Shown one piece after another: positions 56,777-64,000 of a stretch of DNA of 64,000 nt. The stretch's first letter is position 1, and each line of letters starts with the position of its first letter. Made by a program: the position numbers and the translations under genes. Below the pieces are notes generated by a model. That model saw only the letters and a list, made by a program, of their open reading frames with translations, was not told where the DNA came from and searched no databases. Source of the DNA: a virus; IMG/VR virus record IMGVR_UViG_3300009499_000114, positions 1 to 64,000 of that record. One strand, 5' to 3'.

Positions 56777-57928
56777 GTGCCCGGCCTATCGCTCATCAGC
56801 TATGAGCCTGTGAACGAATCGGGTTTGTACGCCCGTGAATTCGTGGACGACCTGACCGACAACCACTGGGGCTACACGCACACCATCAGTGCAGTCGGCG
56901 GCTTCACCTCGGCCAACTTCAGCCTCAAGGGAACCCGCGAGTACCTTGACGACTGGTTCGACGACGGCCTGTTCCGGCGCGTCGTCCTCTACAACCCGGA
57001 GGCCATCATGGTGTGGGAGGGCTTCGTCAACCGGATGACCTACACCGTCTCGTCCCTCCAGAAGTCCAAGTCACTGGACACGATGTCTAACCGGGTGTAC
57101 TTGCGGTTCAGCCCAATTGATCTTAGCACAATTCCGCCCATTGTATCTCCACCTGAAACCATCCAGGTAAATGACATCGCCAGCCAAATCGACTGGGGTG
57201 TCAAGAGCCTGGTCATCTTCGGTGGCGAGCGGGTAAGAACTTATGTAGTGGATCCATGGGCTGCAAATGTGCTGAAGGAACGAAAGGACGTCAAGACCGG
57301 CGAGAACGTCAACACCATGCGCACCGAGGCCCCGTTCATCGAGGTCGAGTGCAAGGGCTACTACGACGTGCTGCGATGGCTTCCCTACGATTGCGTGACT
57401 TCCGGCTCTATCCTGGCGCACCAGGTCATCATTGAGATAATGAATTACTTCAACCTGGTCAACCAGGGCTGGCTGTCCATGAGCCCCGGCTGGATAGACT
57501 ACAGTTTCAGGAACGAGCGCCGCTGCCGGGACGAGCTGATGTCCTGCTGGGACGTGATCGCGCAGATCATCGGCAAGGGCGGCGCGGGCGGCGAGCGCTG
57601 GGTCGGGGGCCTGTACCAGAACCGGCAGATGGTCTACAAGGCGGCCGAGGACTTCGGCGGCCTGTACGCGGACCACTTCGAGCTCAGGCGGGCGCTGGAG
57701 GACATAAACCAGTTCATCTACGACGTGCCGATGGGCTGGGAGGTCAAGCCGTGGGACATGGTGCCGGACCGGGTGCTGCACACCACGGACGTGAACGCGG
57801 GCGGGGAGAAGAGCCTGATGTACATCGAGCAGGTGACGTATCGGGAACCCTACGGCCTGACGCTGGTGGGCGGCGACGACCAGCGGCTTGAGGTGTTCCT
57901 GGCGCAGAAAGGGTTGCCCGGATTATGA
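56777..57928 (+). CDS. Tail/baseplate hub-like protein
   Basis: Tail-module position; VWEGFV motif. Confidence 0.6.
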   Translation: MPGLSLISYEPVNESGLYAREFVDDLTDNHWGYTHTISAVGGFTSANFSLKGTREYLDDWFDDGLFRRVVLYNPEAIMVWEGFVNRMTYTVSSLQKSKSLDTMSNRVYLRFSPIDLSTIPPIVSPPETIQVNDIASQIDWGVKSLVIFGGERVRTYVVDPWAANVLKERKDVKTGENVNTMRTEAPFIEVECKGYYDVLRWLPYDCVTSGSILAHQVIIEIMNYFNLVNQGWLSMSPGWIDYSFRNERRCRDELMSCWDVIAQIIGKGGAGGERWVGGLYQNRQMVYKAAEDFGGLYADHFELRRALEDINQFIYDVPMGWEVKPWDMVPDRVLHTTDVNAGGEKSLMYIEQVTYREPYGLTLVGGDDQRLEVFLAQKGLPGL

Positions 57929-58590
57929 AAATCGACGCGGCACCCTCGCAACTGTCCGACGCGCTGCGGGCTATTTTCTTCGCCCGGGACCGGGAGGTCT
58001 GGCTGGCGAAAAACTGCTACGCCCGGCTGGACCCGTCCACGACGCGGACCGGGCTGGCGCTGGCGGACCGCTATCTGGCGTGGGTGTCCATCGCCGAGAC
58101 GGCATTGACGGCCCCCGCGGCCATCGTGACGTTCGCCAACATCCCGCAGAACTTCAGGACGCTGGCGCTCCCGTACCAGGCGCGGACGGACGCCGTGGCC
58201 GAATCTGATAACGTGCGCCTCCAGTTCAACGGAAGCGCGGTCGGATACGATACGTTAGAATCGTACTTCAATTCGGCCGGCAACGTGAATATTCCCGGAC
58301 TGAACGGGGTTAGCATGCTAGCCGGCGTTGCGGAAGCCGCGAACTCCCGTGCCAATAACTTTTCGCCGACGCTTCTTTTTATCGAGGGGTATGCAAGGGC
58401 TGATCGCGACAAGTGGGCCTTCGGACAGTCGGGTGTATTTGGTGATGCAAGCGCCAACGCGGACCTGTACAACACGCTGGACAGGGGTCGCTGGCGAAGT
58501 TTGGCGGCCGTAACTAGCATCACCCTATATCCTGCCGTAGGCCCCAACTTCGTAGCGGGCAGCATTTTCCAATTATATGGAGTACTATAA
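57925..58590 (+). CDS. Minor tail / fibre-like protein
   Basis: VTFANIPQNF..L; LQFNG; AVTSITL..GSIFQLYG pattern of phage tail proteins. Confidence 0.6.
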   Translation: MKIDAAPSQLSDALRAIFFARDREVWLAKNCYARLDPSTTRTGLALADRYLAWVSIAETALTAPAAIVTFANIPQNFRTLALPYQARTDAVAESDNVRLQFNGSAVGYDTLESYFNSAGNVNIPGLNGVSMLAGVAEAANSRANNFSPTLLFIEGYARADRDKWAFGQSGVFGDASANADLYNTLDRGRWRSLAAVTSITLYPAVGPNFVAGSIFQLYGVL

Positions 58591-58883
58591 TGCAACCACA
58601 CGTGATAGTGGACTGCGCGACGGGCAAGGTGACGCTGCGCCCGGTGACGGCGGAAGAGATAACAGAGCGACTGGAAAGAGTCGCGGCGGACGAGGCCAGG
58701 GAGCGGGACGAACACCTGAAGCAGCTCAAGGAAAGCATCGTCCAGTCCAGCATCGAGCTGGAGCAGCGGAAAGCCCTCGTGGAAGAGGGCATCTTCACCG
58801 GAAAGGACCTGGCGGACTGTGAGGCGCGGCTGGAGGAAGCGAAGGTAGAACTGGCCGCGTGGAAAAAACCTGCCGCGAAGTGA
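58590..58883 (+). CDS. Small tail-associated protein
   Basis: VDCATG.VT.RP.TAEE; TAATG coupling. Confidence 0.55.
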   Translation: MQPHVIVDCATGKVTLRPVTAEEITERLERVAADEARERDEHLKQLKESIVQSSIELEQRKALVEEGIFTGKDLADCEARLEEAKVELAAWKKPAAK

Positions 58884-58949
58884 CCGGTGTCCAAGCGCCC
58901 ACGGCATCGTTTCAGGCCGTTAGGGGCGACCCTGGCAGCCTTTGTTATG

Positions 58950-59975
58950 TCAGGTAAATGGCATTTTTAGTTGCGACATCTCCAGCCGCGTCTTCTCTAT
59001 CTGCTCGTTTGCCAGCCTTACGTAGTCGGGCGAAACATCACAGCCAAACCAGCGGCGCCCCGTCCTCATCGCCGCCACCGCTGTCGTCCCCCCGCCCATA
59101 AAGAAGTCGCACACCAGGTCACCCGGCCTACTGCTCATGTTGATGATGTGCTCAATTAGCGCCAGCGGCTTCTCGCAGGGATGCTTGCCGGGATAAGTGC
59201 CCACGGTCGGGAAGGTCCACACGTCGGTGTAAGGCGCATCTATACTGGCGTTGAACGGGCGGCGCAGGTCTTCGTATTCGGCGCGTAGGTCTTCGTATTC
59301 GGCCCGCAGGTCTTTATATGATCTTATGAAAAATCCAGGATAGGCCAATTGTAAATTCTTGTACTTTTTCTCTGTGATCATACACCATTGAATCGGGCAA
59401 GTGTTTGTGTTTCTCTGATTAAAAGTTGTACCACAAACTAAATTCATGTCTCCGATGCGCAAACCCGCCCGTCTCCGCTCCCCGTCCAGATACGCCCGCA
59501 ACGGCTCAAACACGAACCCGTGCAACTCATCGCACTTAGCACCGTAGCCCGACACGCCCTTGGCCTGGCTGTCAGCCCCGTAGTGCTCGGCGAAGATGAT
59601 ACGCTCTGATGATGGGAAGTAAGACCGCATGGTCCCCTTGTCAAACATCTCCGCTTTGGTGCTAAACTCAGGTTTGGCCCAGGTGATGAAGTTCACTACC
59701 TCAAACCACTCTCTCACGACACACTCCACCCGCGCAGCCATCTCTGGACTGGCGAAGGCGTACAGGCTGCCGTTCGGGGCCAGAACACGCCGGTACTGTT
59801 CGCACACCGCTCCTATCCAGTCCAGGTACTCGGCGGGCGTCTTCCATTGCCGGTCCCAATCCTCAGACTTGACTCGGTAGTAGGGCCAATCGCTGACGAT
59901 GAGGTTGACGGACGAGTCGGGCAGTCCTGCCGTGATACTCAGGCAATCGCCCACCATGACAGTGTCAAGTTCCAT
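58950..59975 (-). CDS. DNA methyltransferase (N6/N4, beta class)
   Basis: GDCL..SDWPYY; DVWTF; HPCEKP; DFFMGGGTT. Confidence 0.9.
   Translation of the reverse strand: MELDTVMVGDCLSITAGLPDSSVNLIVSDWPYYRVKSEDWDRQWKTPAEYLDWIGAVCEQYRRVLAPNGSLYAFASPEMAARVECVVREWFEVVNFITWAKPEFSTKAEMFDKGTMRSYFPSSERIIFAEHYGADSQAKGVSGYGAKCDELHGFVFEPLRAYLDGERRRAGLRIGDMNLVCGTTFNQRNTNTCPIQWCMITEKKYKNLQLAYPGFFIRSYKDLRAEYEDLRAEYEDLRRPFNASIDAPYTDVWTFPTVGTYPGKHPCEKPLALIEHIINMSSRPGDLVCDFFMGGGTTAVAAMRTGRRWFGCDVSPDYVRLANEQIEKTRLEMSQLKMPFT
59262..59313 (-). repeat. 21-bp tandem repeat within the methyltransferase (EYEDLRA heptads)
   Basis: Encodes YKDLRAEYEDLRAEYEDLRR. Confidence 0.65.
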
Positions 59976-59987
59976 TCTTTACTCTCC

Positions 59988-61652
59988 TTAATGGACTATC
60001 GCGCTCAGGAAATCCTCTGACAAATGCTTCCTGACCCGCGTCCAGTTCCCATCCAGCACGGCGACCAGGCCGTTCTCCGGCCCGTAGTCCTGCTCCCGGC
60101 CGCGCCTCGTCCGCCCACACCCCTGAGCCAGCATGTTCGCCGTGCGCCAGTGGTACATCGCGCCCCCGGCCCGCATCTGCTCGTTCTCGTAGCTGCCCGG
60201 CGCGCCGATGCGGGGAAAAGGAGTCTTGAACACCAGCAGCAGGCGCTCGTCCAGCCCGTCGTAGCCCCGCCAGTGGTTCCAGCTCACCATGATGGAATTC
60301 GGCACCCGCGCCTTCCGGGCCTGCCACAGCGCGGTCTGCTCCCCTGTCCCCAGGAAATGCCTGCCGTCCCGTTCGGGCAGCAGCCAGACGCGGTCCTCGA
60401 AGCCCCGGCTCGCCAACCTGTTCGCCACGTTCTGGGCCTCGAACTTTGACGTGACCAGGGCGATGCCAGCCCAGTCACCGGGGCAGTCCCCGATGATGTC
60501 CCGCGCCAGGTCGGCCTGTAACTCGTATGCGCTTTCGCCTGCCTTCTTGCCCAGTTTCGGTACTTCTTCTGGTATGAGTACCTGCCGCATGTCGGGCGCC
60601 CACTGCGAGGGGACCGACCGGAAGGCGCTGAAGTTGACGCCCAGTTCCCCGGCCAGCGGGTCGGGGTTGCCGATGGTGGCCGACATCAGCAGTACGGTCT
60701 CGGACAGGTTGAACCATCGGGGGAAGTGGAACCGGGCGGTGAGCGGCTTGGCTATGAAGCCCGGCTTGCCGTGGAGGGCGGCCGGCCCGGACCGGACGTA
60801 CCAGCCCTCCTCGCTCATGCGCAGCGCGTCGAGCGCATTGCCGACGCTCATCCCGAGCGACTCGCACTGCCTGCGCCTGGCCCTGGCGACCTGGTTGTCG
60901 GATGCCAACAGTTTCTTGTAGTGCTCCCGCAGAACGATTCTGCTCTTCTCTAGCCATTCAAAAACTTTGTCCATGGGGTTCTCGTGGGCGAGCAGCGACA
61001 CGGTGCCGGAGACGCGCGGGAAGTCCGGCAGGGACCAGTCAAGGCGCTGCTTCTCGGTGATCGTAGTGCCCGCGTGGTCGGTCACGATGTCCGGCAACTC
61101 GTCCGCCTCATCGAGCACCAGGACCCTCGGCGGATCCTGCCTGGGCCACCGGGCGGCGAGCCAGTAGGAATAGTTGAGGCTGGCCTTCGGGGACGCCCGG
61201 ACGACGGCTTTCTGGACCAGGTAGGGGCAGGCAGGCGAGGAGGGGCACCTATGCATGCCCGTGTCCGCGTGGTCGCACTCGCCGGCCGACAGGTGCTCCC
61301 GGCCCGGCTTGGCACATCGGTAATTGGCGCGGCCCTTCAGCACGTCGAAACCGTAGATGCCACCGTAGTTGACGTCCTGCAACTGCTTCGTCTTGACGAG
61401 AGCAGTTATACTTTTGCCATGCGCCAGGGCCACCGCGATGGCTGTCTTACCGATGCCGGGTGGAGCTTCTAGGCTGACAATATCTGATTGCTTCTCTAGC
61501 CACTGCACGGTCTTGAATTGGTGAAGCCGCCAGTCGTCATGAGGCAATCCGTAGTCCGATGGGGTTTCCAATGTTTTAGCCTTCCTTTTCTTGAGGAGAG
61601 GGGTACTTTGGGACGATATTGTCATAGTCACGTAGCAACTGAGACAGCCCAT
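59988..61652 (-). CDS. DinG/YoaA-like Fe-S helicase
   Basis: EAPPGIGKT; LKGRANYRC..C..C..CPY; LDEAD; MSAT; QGCGRTRR; start probably downstream of 61652. Confidence 0.85.
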   Translation of the reverse strand: MGCLSCYVTMTISSQSTPLLKKRKAKTLETPSDYGLPHDDWRLHQFKTVQWLEKQSDIVSLEAPPGIGKTAIAVALAHGKSITALVKTKQLQDVNYGGIYGFDVLKGRANYRCAKPGREHLSAGECDHADTGMHRCPSSPACPYLVQKAVVRASPKASLNYSYWLAARWPRQDPPRVLVLDEADELPDIVTDHAGTTITEKQRLDWSLPDFPRVSGTVSLLAHENPMDKVFEWLEKSRIVLREHYKKLLASDNQVARARRRQCESLGMSVGNALDALRMSEEGWYVRSGPAALHGKPGFIAKPLTARFHFPRWFNLSETVLLMSATIGNPDPLAGELGVNFSAFRSVPSQWAPDMRQVLIPEEVPKLGKKAGESAYELQADLARDIIGDCPGDWAGIALVTSKFEAQNVANRLASRGFEDRVWLLPERDGRHFLGTGEQTALWQARKARVPNSIMVSWNHWRGYDGLDERLLLVFKTPFPRIGAPGSYENEQMRAGGAMYHWRTANMLAQGCGRTRRGREQDYGPENGLVAVLDGNWTRVRKHLSEDFLSAIVH

Positions 61653-61953
61653 CCACGGCGCATTTGTAGGCCGCGTGACTATCTAACCCTTCGTGCTGCG
61701 CCTCTGCGTACTCGTCACCAACTACTTGCAGGCACTCAATTATCGTGACGTAACGGATAAGGCTTGTCGCTATCCCATAACGCTTCATGGCGACATCATC
61801 ATAGCCCAGTCGCATGTGATTCCCTGCCGATTGCAATAGAGTTGGGGCTATTGTTAGCCTGTAAAGATGGCCCTGTGCTCGACAGGCAGGACAATACGTA
61901 GGCTCGTCCACTTCATAGATGTTCCCGCATTCGGGGCAGATTTCATGTGTCAT
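61576..61953 (-). CDS. Zn-ribbon hypothetical protein
   Basis: AAGGAG RBS; CPEC...CPAC. Confidence 0.55.
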   Translation of the reverse strand: MTHEICPECGNIYEVDEPTYCPACRAQGHLYRLTIAPTLLQSAGNHMRLGYDDVAMKRYGIATSLIRYVTIIECLQVVGDEYAEAQHEGLDSHAAYKCAVDGLSQLLRDYDNIVPKYPSPQEKEG

Positions 61954-61984
61954 GATTAACTCCTTAGTTAACCATTAATCTTCT

Positions 61985-62266
61985 TCAGTTTAGAATCCAT
62001 GGAACATCCTCAGATCTTCTAATTCTACCATGTTGAAATTGACTGATATGCAATCCGGGTCTTGCATGCCCGCTCCCCATGCCGATGATCTCGGAAAGAT
62101 CGCTCATGAATAATTCGCAGTAGCGTGCACCGCCAATCACCCAAGCAGCAAAGTCACCACACGAAAAAGAGAAACAACGCCGGTCAAATCGTGCATTGAC
62201 TAATGGATTGGTCATCCCAACAATGATGACATTCTTATCCTTGTCAAGCGCTGCCCAATGTTTCAT
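61985..62266 (-). CDS. Hypothetical protein
   Basis: AAAGGA RBS on the minus strand. Confidence 0.5.
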   Translation of the reverse strand: MKHWAALDKDKNVIIVGMTNPLVNARFDRRCFSFSCGDFAAWVIGGARYCELFMSDLSEIIGMGSGHARPGLHISQFQHGRIRRSEDVPWILN

Positions 62267-62284
62267 GTCTAAGTCCTTTCTTGA

Positions 62285-62319
62285 AAGGTAAGGGGCGGGG
62301 AGGAGGTTGGCCCCGCCCC
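62285..62319 (-). terminator. Possible terminator hairpin
   Basis: GGGGCGGGG/CCCCGCCCC stem, weak U-tail on the minus strand. Confidence 0.4.
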
Positions 62320-62352
62320 TGGACCCAAGGAGGAGGAAGATGAATTCAGTAA

Positions 62353-63966
62353 TCAGAACGGGCAGCCCCCGAATTCCTCGTAATCCCGCTCTTCTTCCCG
62401 CGCCAGTTCGTTCCTGGCCGTCCGCAGAGACGGGAAGAAATCGCCCGGCTCGCAGTCGTCGTCGGGCTCTGGCCGTGCCTCCGCGTACTTCGGCCCCCGG
62501 CGCACCGCCGCCCCGGCTTCCTGCTCGGGCAGGCCCAACCCGACGCCGACGCTCACCAGGTCCGCCTCGACGTCTTTCCAGTCCAGCCCAGCCCAGGGGG
62601 ACATCGCCAGCGACGCCAGCGCCCTCGCCGTCTGGAACAGCGCGGTATTCCTGCCGCCCTCTGGTGTATCGCGCAGGATGTCAAGTTCACTCTCAATGGC
62701 CTGCTCAACGTATTGTTCATAATCGCCAGGTGATGCGGCGCTGGCCTTCGGTCTATCATGCATAGTTTCCATCCTCTCCTCGTCCAGGGTCATCTCGCCC
62801 CGGCGCAGCCTTTCCAGGTTCACCGCGAATGCCTTCAGTCGGCTGACGCCGCCCGGCTTTCTTTCCTCTTCCTGGGTGATGCGTTTTATCCGTTCCGCCA
62901 GGTAGGCGTCGGTGTAAAGCGCCCGCTTGACTGGTTTCTGGCCCGGCGGGGCCTCGAATTCTAGGACGGCGGGCTCGTCGCCCGGTTCGTCGTCTGTCAG
63001 TGCGGCGAAAATGGCATCGTAGGTGCTCATCGGTTCTTCTTCAGGCACAGATTCAGGCACTTCTTTCGGCAGGTTTTCATTGTATATGCCCTGCTCGGCG
63101 TATTTTTTTCGTATATGGAGATTGTAGCCCGACCAGTCTATGTCACGCTCCCAGACGCGGGTCATCTCATATACGAAAAATCTTGTCCGATAGCCCCGTT
63201 CCGCCAAGTTTGCCTCGTAGAGTTCCATCCTCTCAGTCATCGCTAGGTGTAGGGTCTCCAGGTCCACGTCGATGTGGGCCGTGTGCAGGGTTGCCCGTTC
63301 CCAGCATTTGCGGTAGTCGTCCCGGCGCTGCGTCTCGCCTTTGCTGCCCGGCGGGGCCTGGACGACGATGCTCTTCACGGTCACCAGTTTTGAGGGTCCG
63401 CGTTCCTCTTCTTCCTCGCCTTTCTCTTCCTTGACGGCGATTGCCGCGTATTGGCCTAATTTGCCCGAGATGTTCTTCCCTTTCGGTGTCTTGCCGATGG
63501 CGTCCCAGTCCAGGCCGTCCAGATCGTTAATCCACTCGCCCGGCCCGCCCTCCGCGGTGTGGATGATCTCGATCATGCCGTCCTCGCGGGGGAAGCGCCT
63601 ATACTGGCCGCTCTTCAGCGTCTTGACGAGATCTTTGGCCTCGCTCTCTGTCACGGTGACGCGCTTCTTGCGCCCCGTCGCCAGTTCAAGTTGCATCTTT
63701 TCCTTGCCTATCCGCCTCGCCAGGCAGCGGGGGCAGTAGAGGTACAGGCCGCAGTCCTGGTAGTAGCCGTGCCACTCGCCGGTGAGCGGGCTGCACCTGT
63801 GGCGCAGCGCCCCGCAGTTGGCGAGCCGCCCATCCACGCCGGCGGGATGGGCCTCGCCGTCCTCGCCCACGACGTAGGCGTGCTTCTCGCTGCCCAGGTC
63901 CTGCTCGTCGCCGGGCAGGGGGACGGTGCGGGTCCCTTCGAGGAATGAGAGGAGTTCTGCTGGCAT
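62353..63966 (-). CDS. Replication-associated protein with PriCT-like C-terminal motif
   Basis: CG..YCPRC Zn motif; TPEGGRNTALFQTA primase C-terminal-like motif; adjacent to the helicase. Confidence 0.5.
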   Translation of the reverse strand: MPAELLSFLEGTRTVPLPGDEQDLGSEKHAYVVGEDGEAHPAGVDGRLANCGALRHRCSPLTGEWHGYYQDCGLYLYCPRCLARRIGKEKMQLELATGRKKRVTVTESEAKDLVKTLKSGQYRRFPREDGMIEIIHTAEGGPGEWINDLDGLDWDAIGKTPKGKNISGKLGQYAAIAVKEEKGEEEEERGPSKLVTVKSIVVQAPPGSKGETQRRDDYRKCWERATLHTAHIDVDLETLHLAMTERMELYEANLAERGYRTRFFVYEMTRVWERDIDWSGYNLHIRKKYAEQGIYNENLPKEVPESVPEEEPMSTYDAIFAALTDDEPGDEPAVLEFEAPPGQKPVKRALYTDAYLAERIKRITQEEERKPGGVSRLKAFAVNLERLRRGEMTLDEERMETMHDRPKASAASPGDYEQYVEQAIESELDILRDTPEGGRNTALFQTARALASLAMSPWAGLDWKDVEADLVSVGVGLGLPEQEAGAAVRRGPKYAEARPEPDDDCEPGDFFPSLRTARNELAREEERDYEEFGGCPF

Positions 63967-64000
63967 GGGGATTCTCCCTTATTTCCACCCCCTCCCGGCG

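Larger units (their letters stand above)
230..63966. mobile_element. Tailed phage/prophage (siphovirus-like), boundaries not visible
   Basis: Canonical packaging-head-tail gene order plus a convergent replication block. Confidence 0.92.

Noticed and set aside
1-64000. CRISPR array, tRNA/rRNA, integrase/att sites, diversity-generating retroelement
   Set aside because: No repeat-spacer array, cloverleaf, recombinase, reverse transcriptase or TR/VR pair noticed by eye; tRNAscan-SE and a self dot plot would be needed to exclude them.

Overview
This window is most of a tailed (siphovirus-like) phage or prophage genome. On the + strand the core runs terS-terL (230-2036), about 11 kb of accessory genes, portal, a MuF-like head protein with a C-terminal ADP-ribosyltransferase-like domain, a multidomain prohead protease/scaffold, and a Cys-rich major capsid protein. 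About 24 kb of accessory genes follow, then head-tail and tail genes: a chaperone pair with a probable +1 frameshift, tape measure, and tail-tip/receptor-binding proteins. A convergent - strand block (DNA methyltransferase, DinG-like helicase, replication-type protein) runs off the end. The most notable content is a large glycan synthesis and decoration gene set inside the virion operon. It has about 8 glycosyltransferase-like genes, NDP-sugar enzymes (RmlC-like epimerase, VioA/VioB-like pair, NDP-sugar C-methyltransferase, GDP-fucose synthase, a deleted galE), a sulfotransferase-like protein and several SAM methyltransferases. It also has two parallel modules of nucleotidyltransferase-like domain + cytidylyltransferase + phnD + phnE, with no phnC and no PEP mutase. 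This suggests phage-encoded scavenging, activation and glycan attachment of a phosphonate or phospho-compound (inference). A Chloroflexota host is suggested only by an 'IFLPIVWK' motif. No integrase, endolysin, tRNA or CRISPR array was recognised. All annotations come from reading motifs by eye; no database searches were run.
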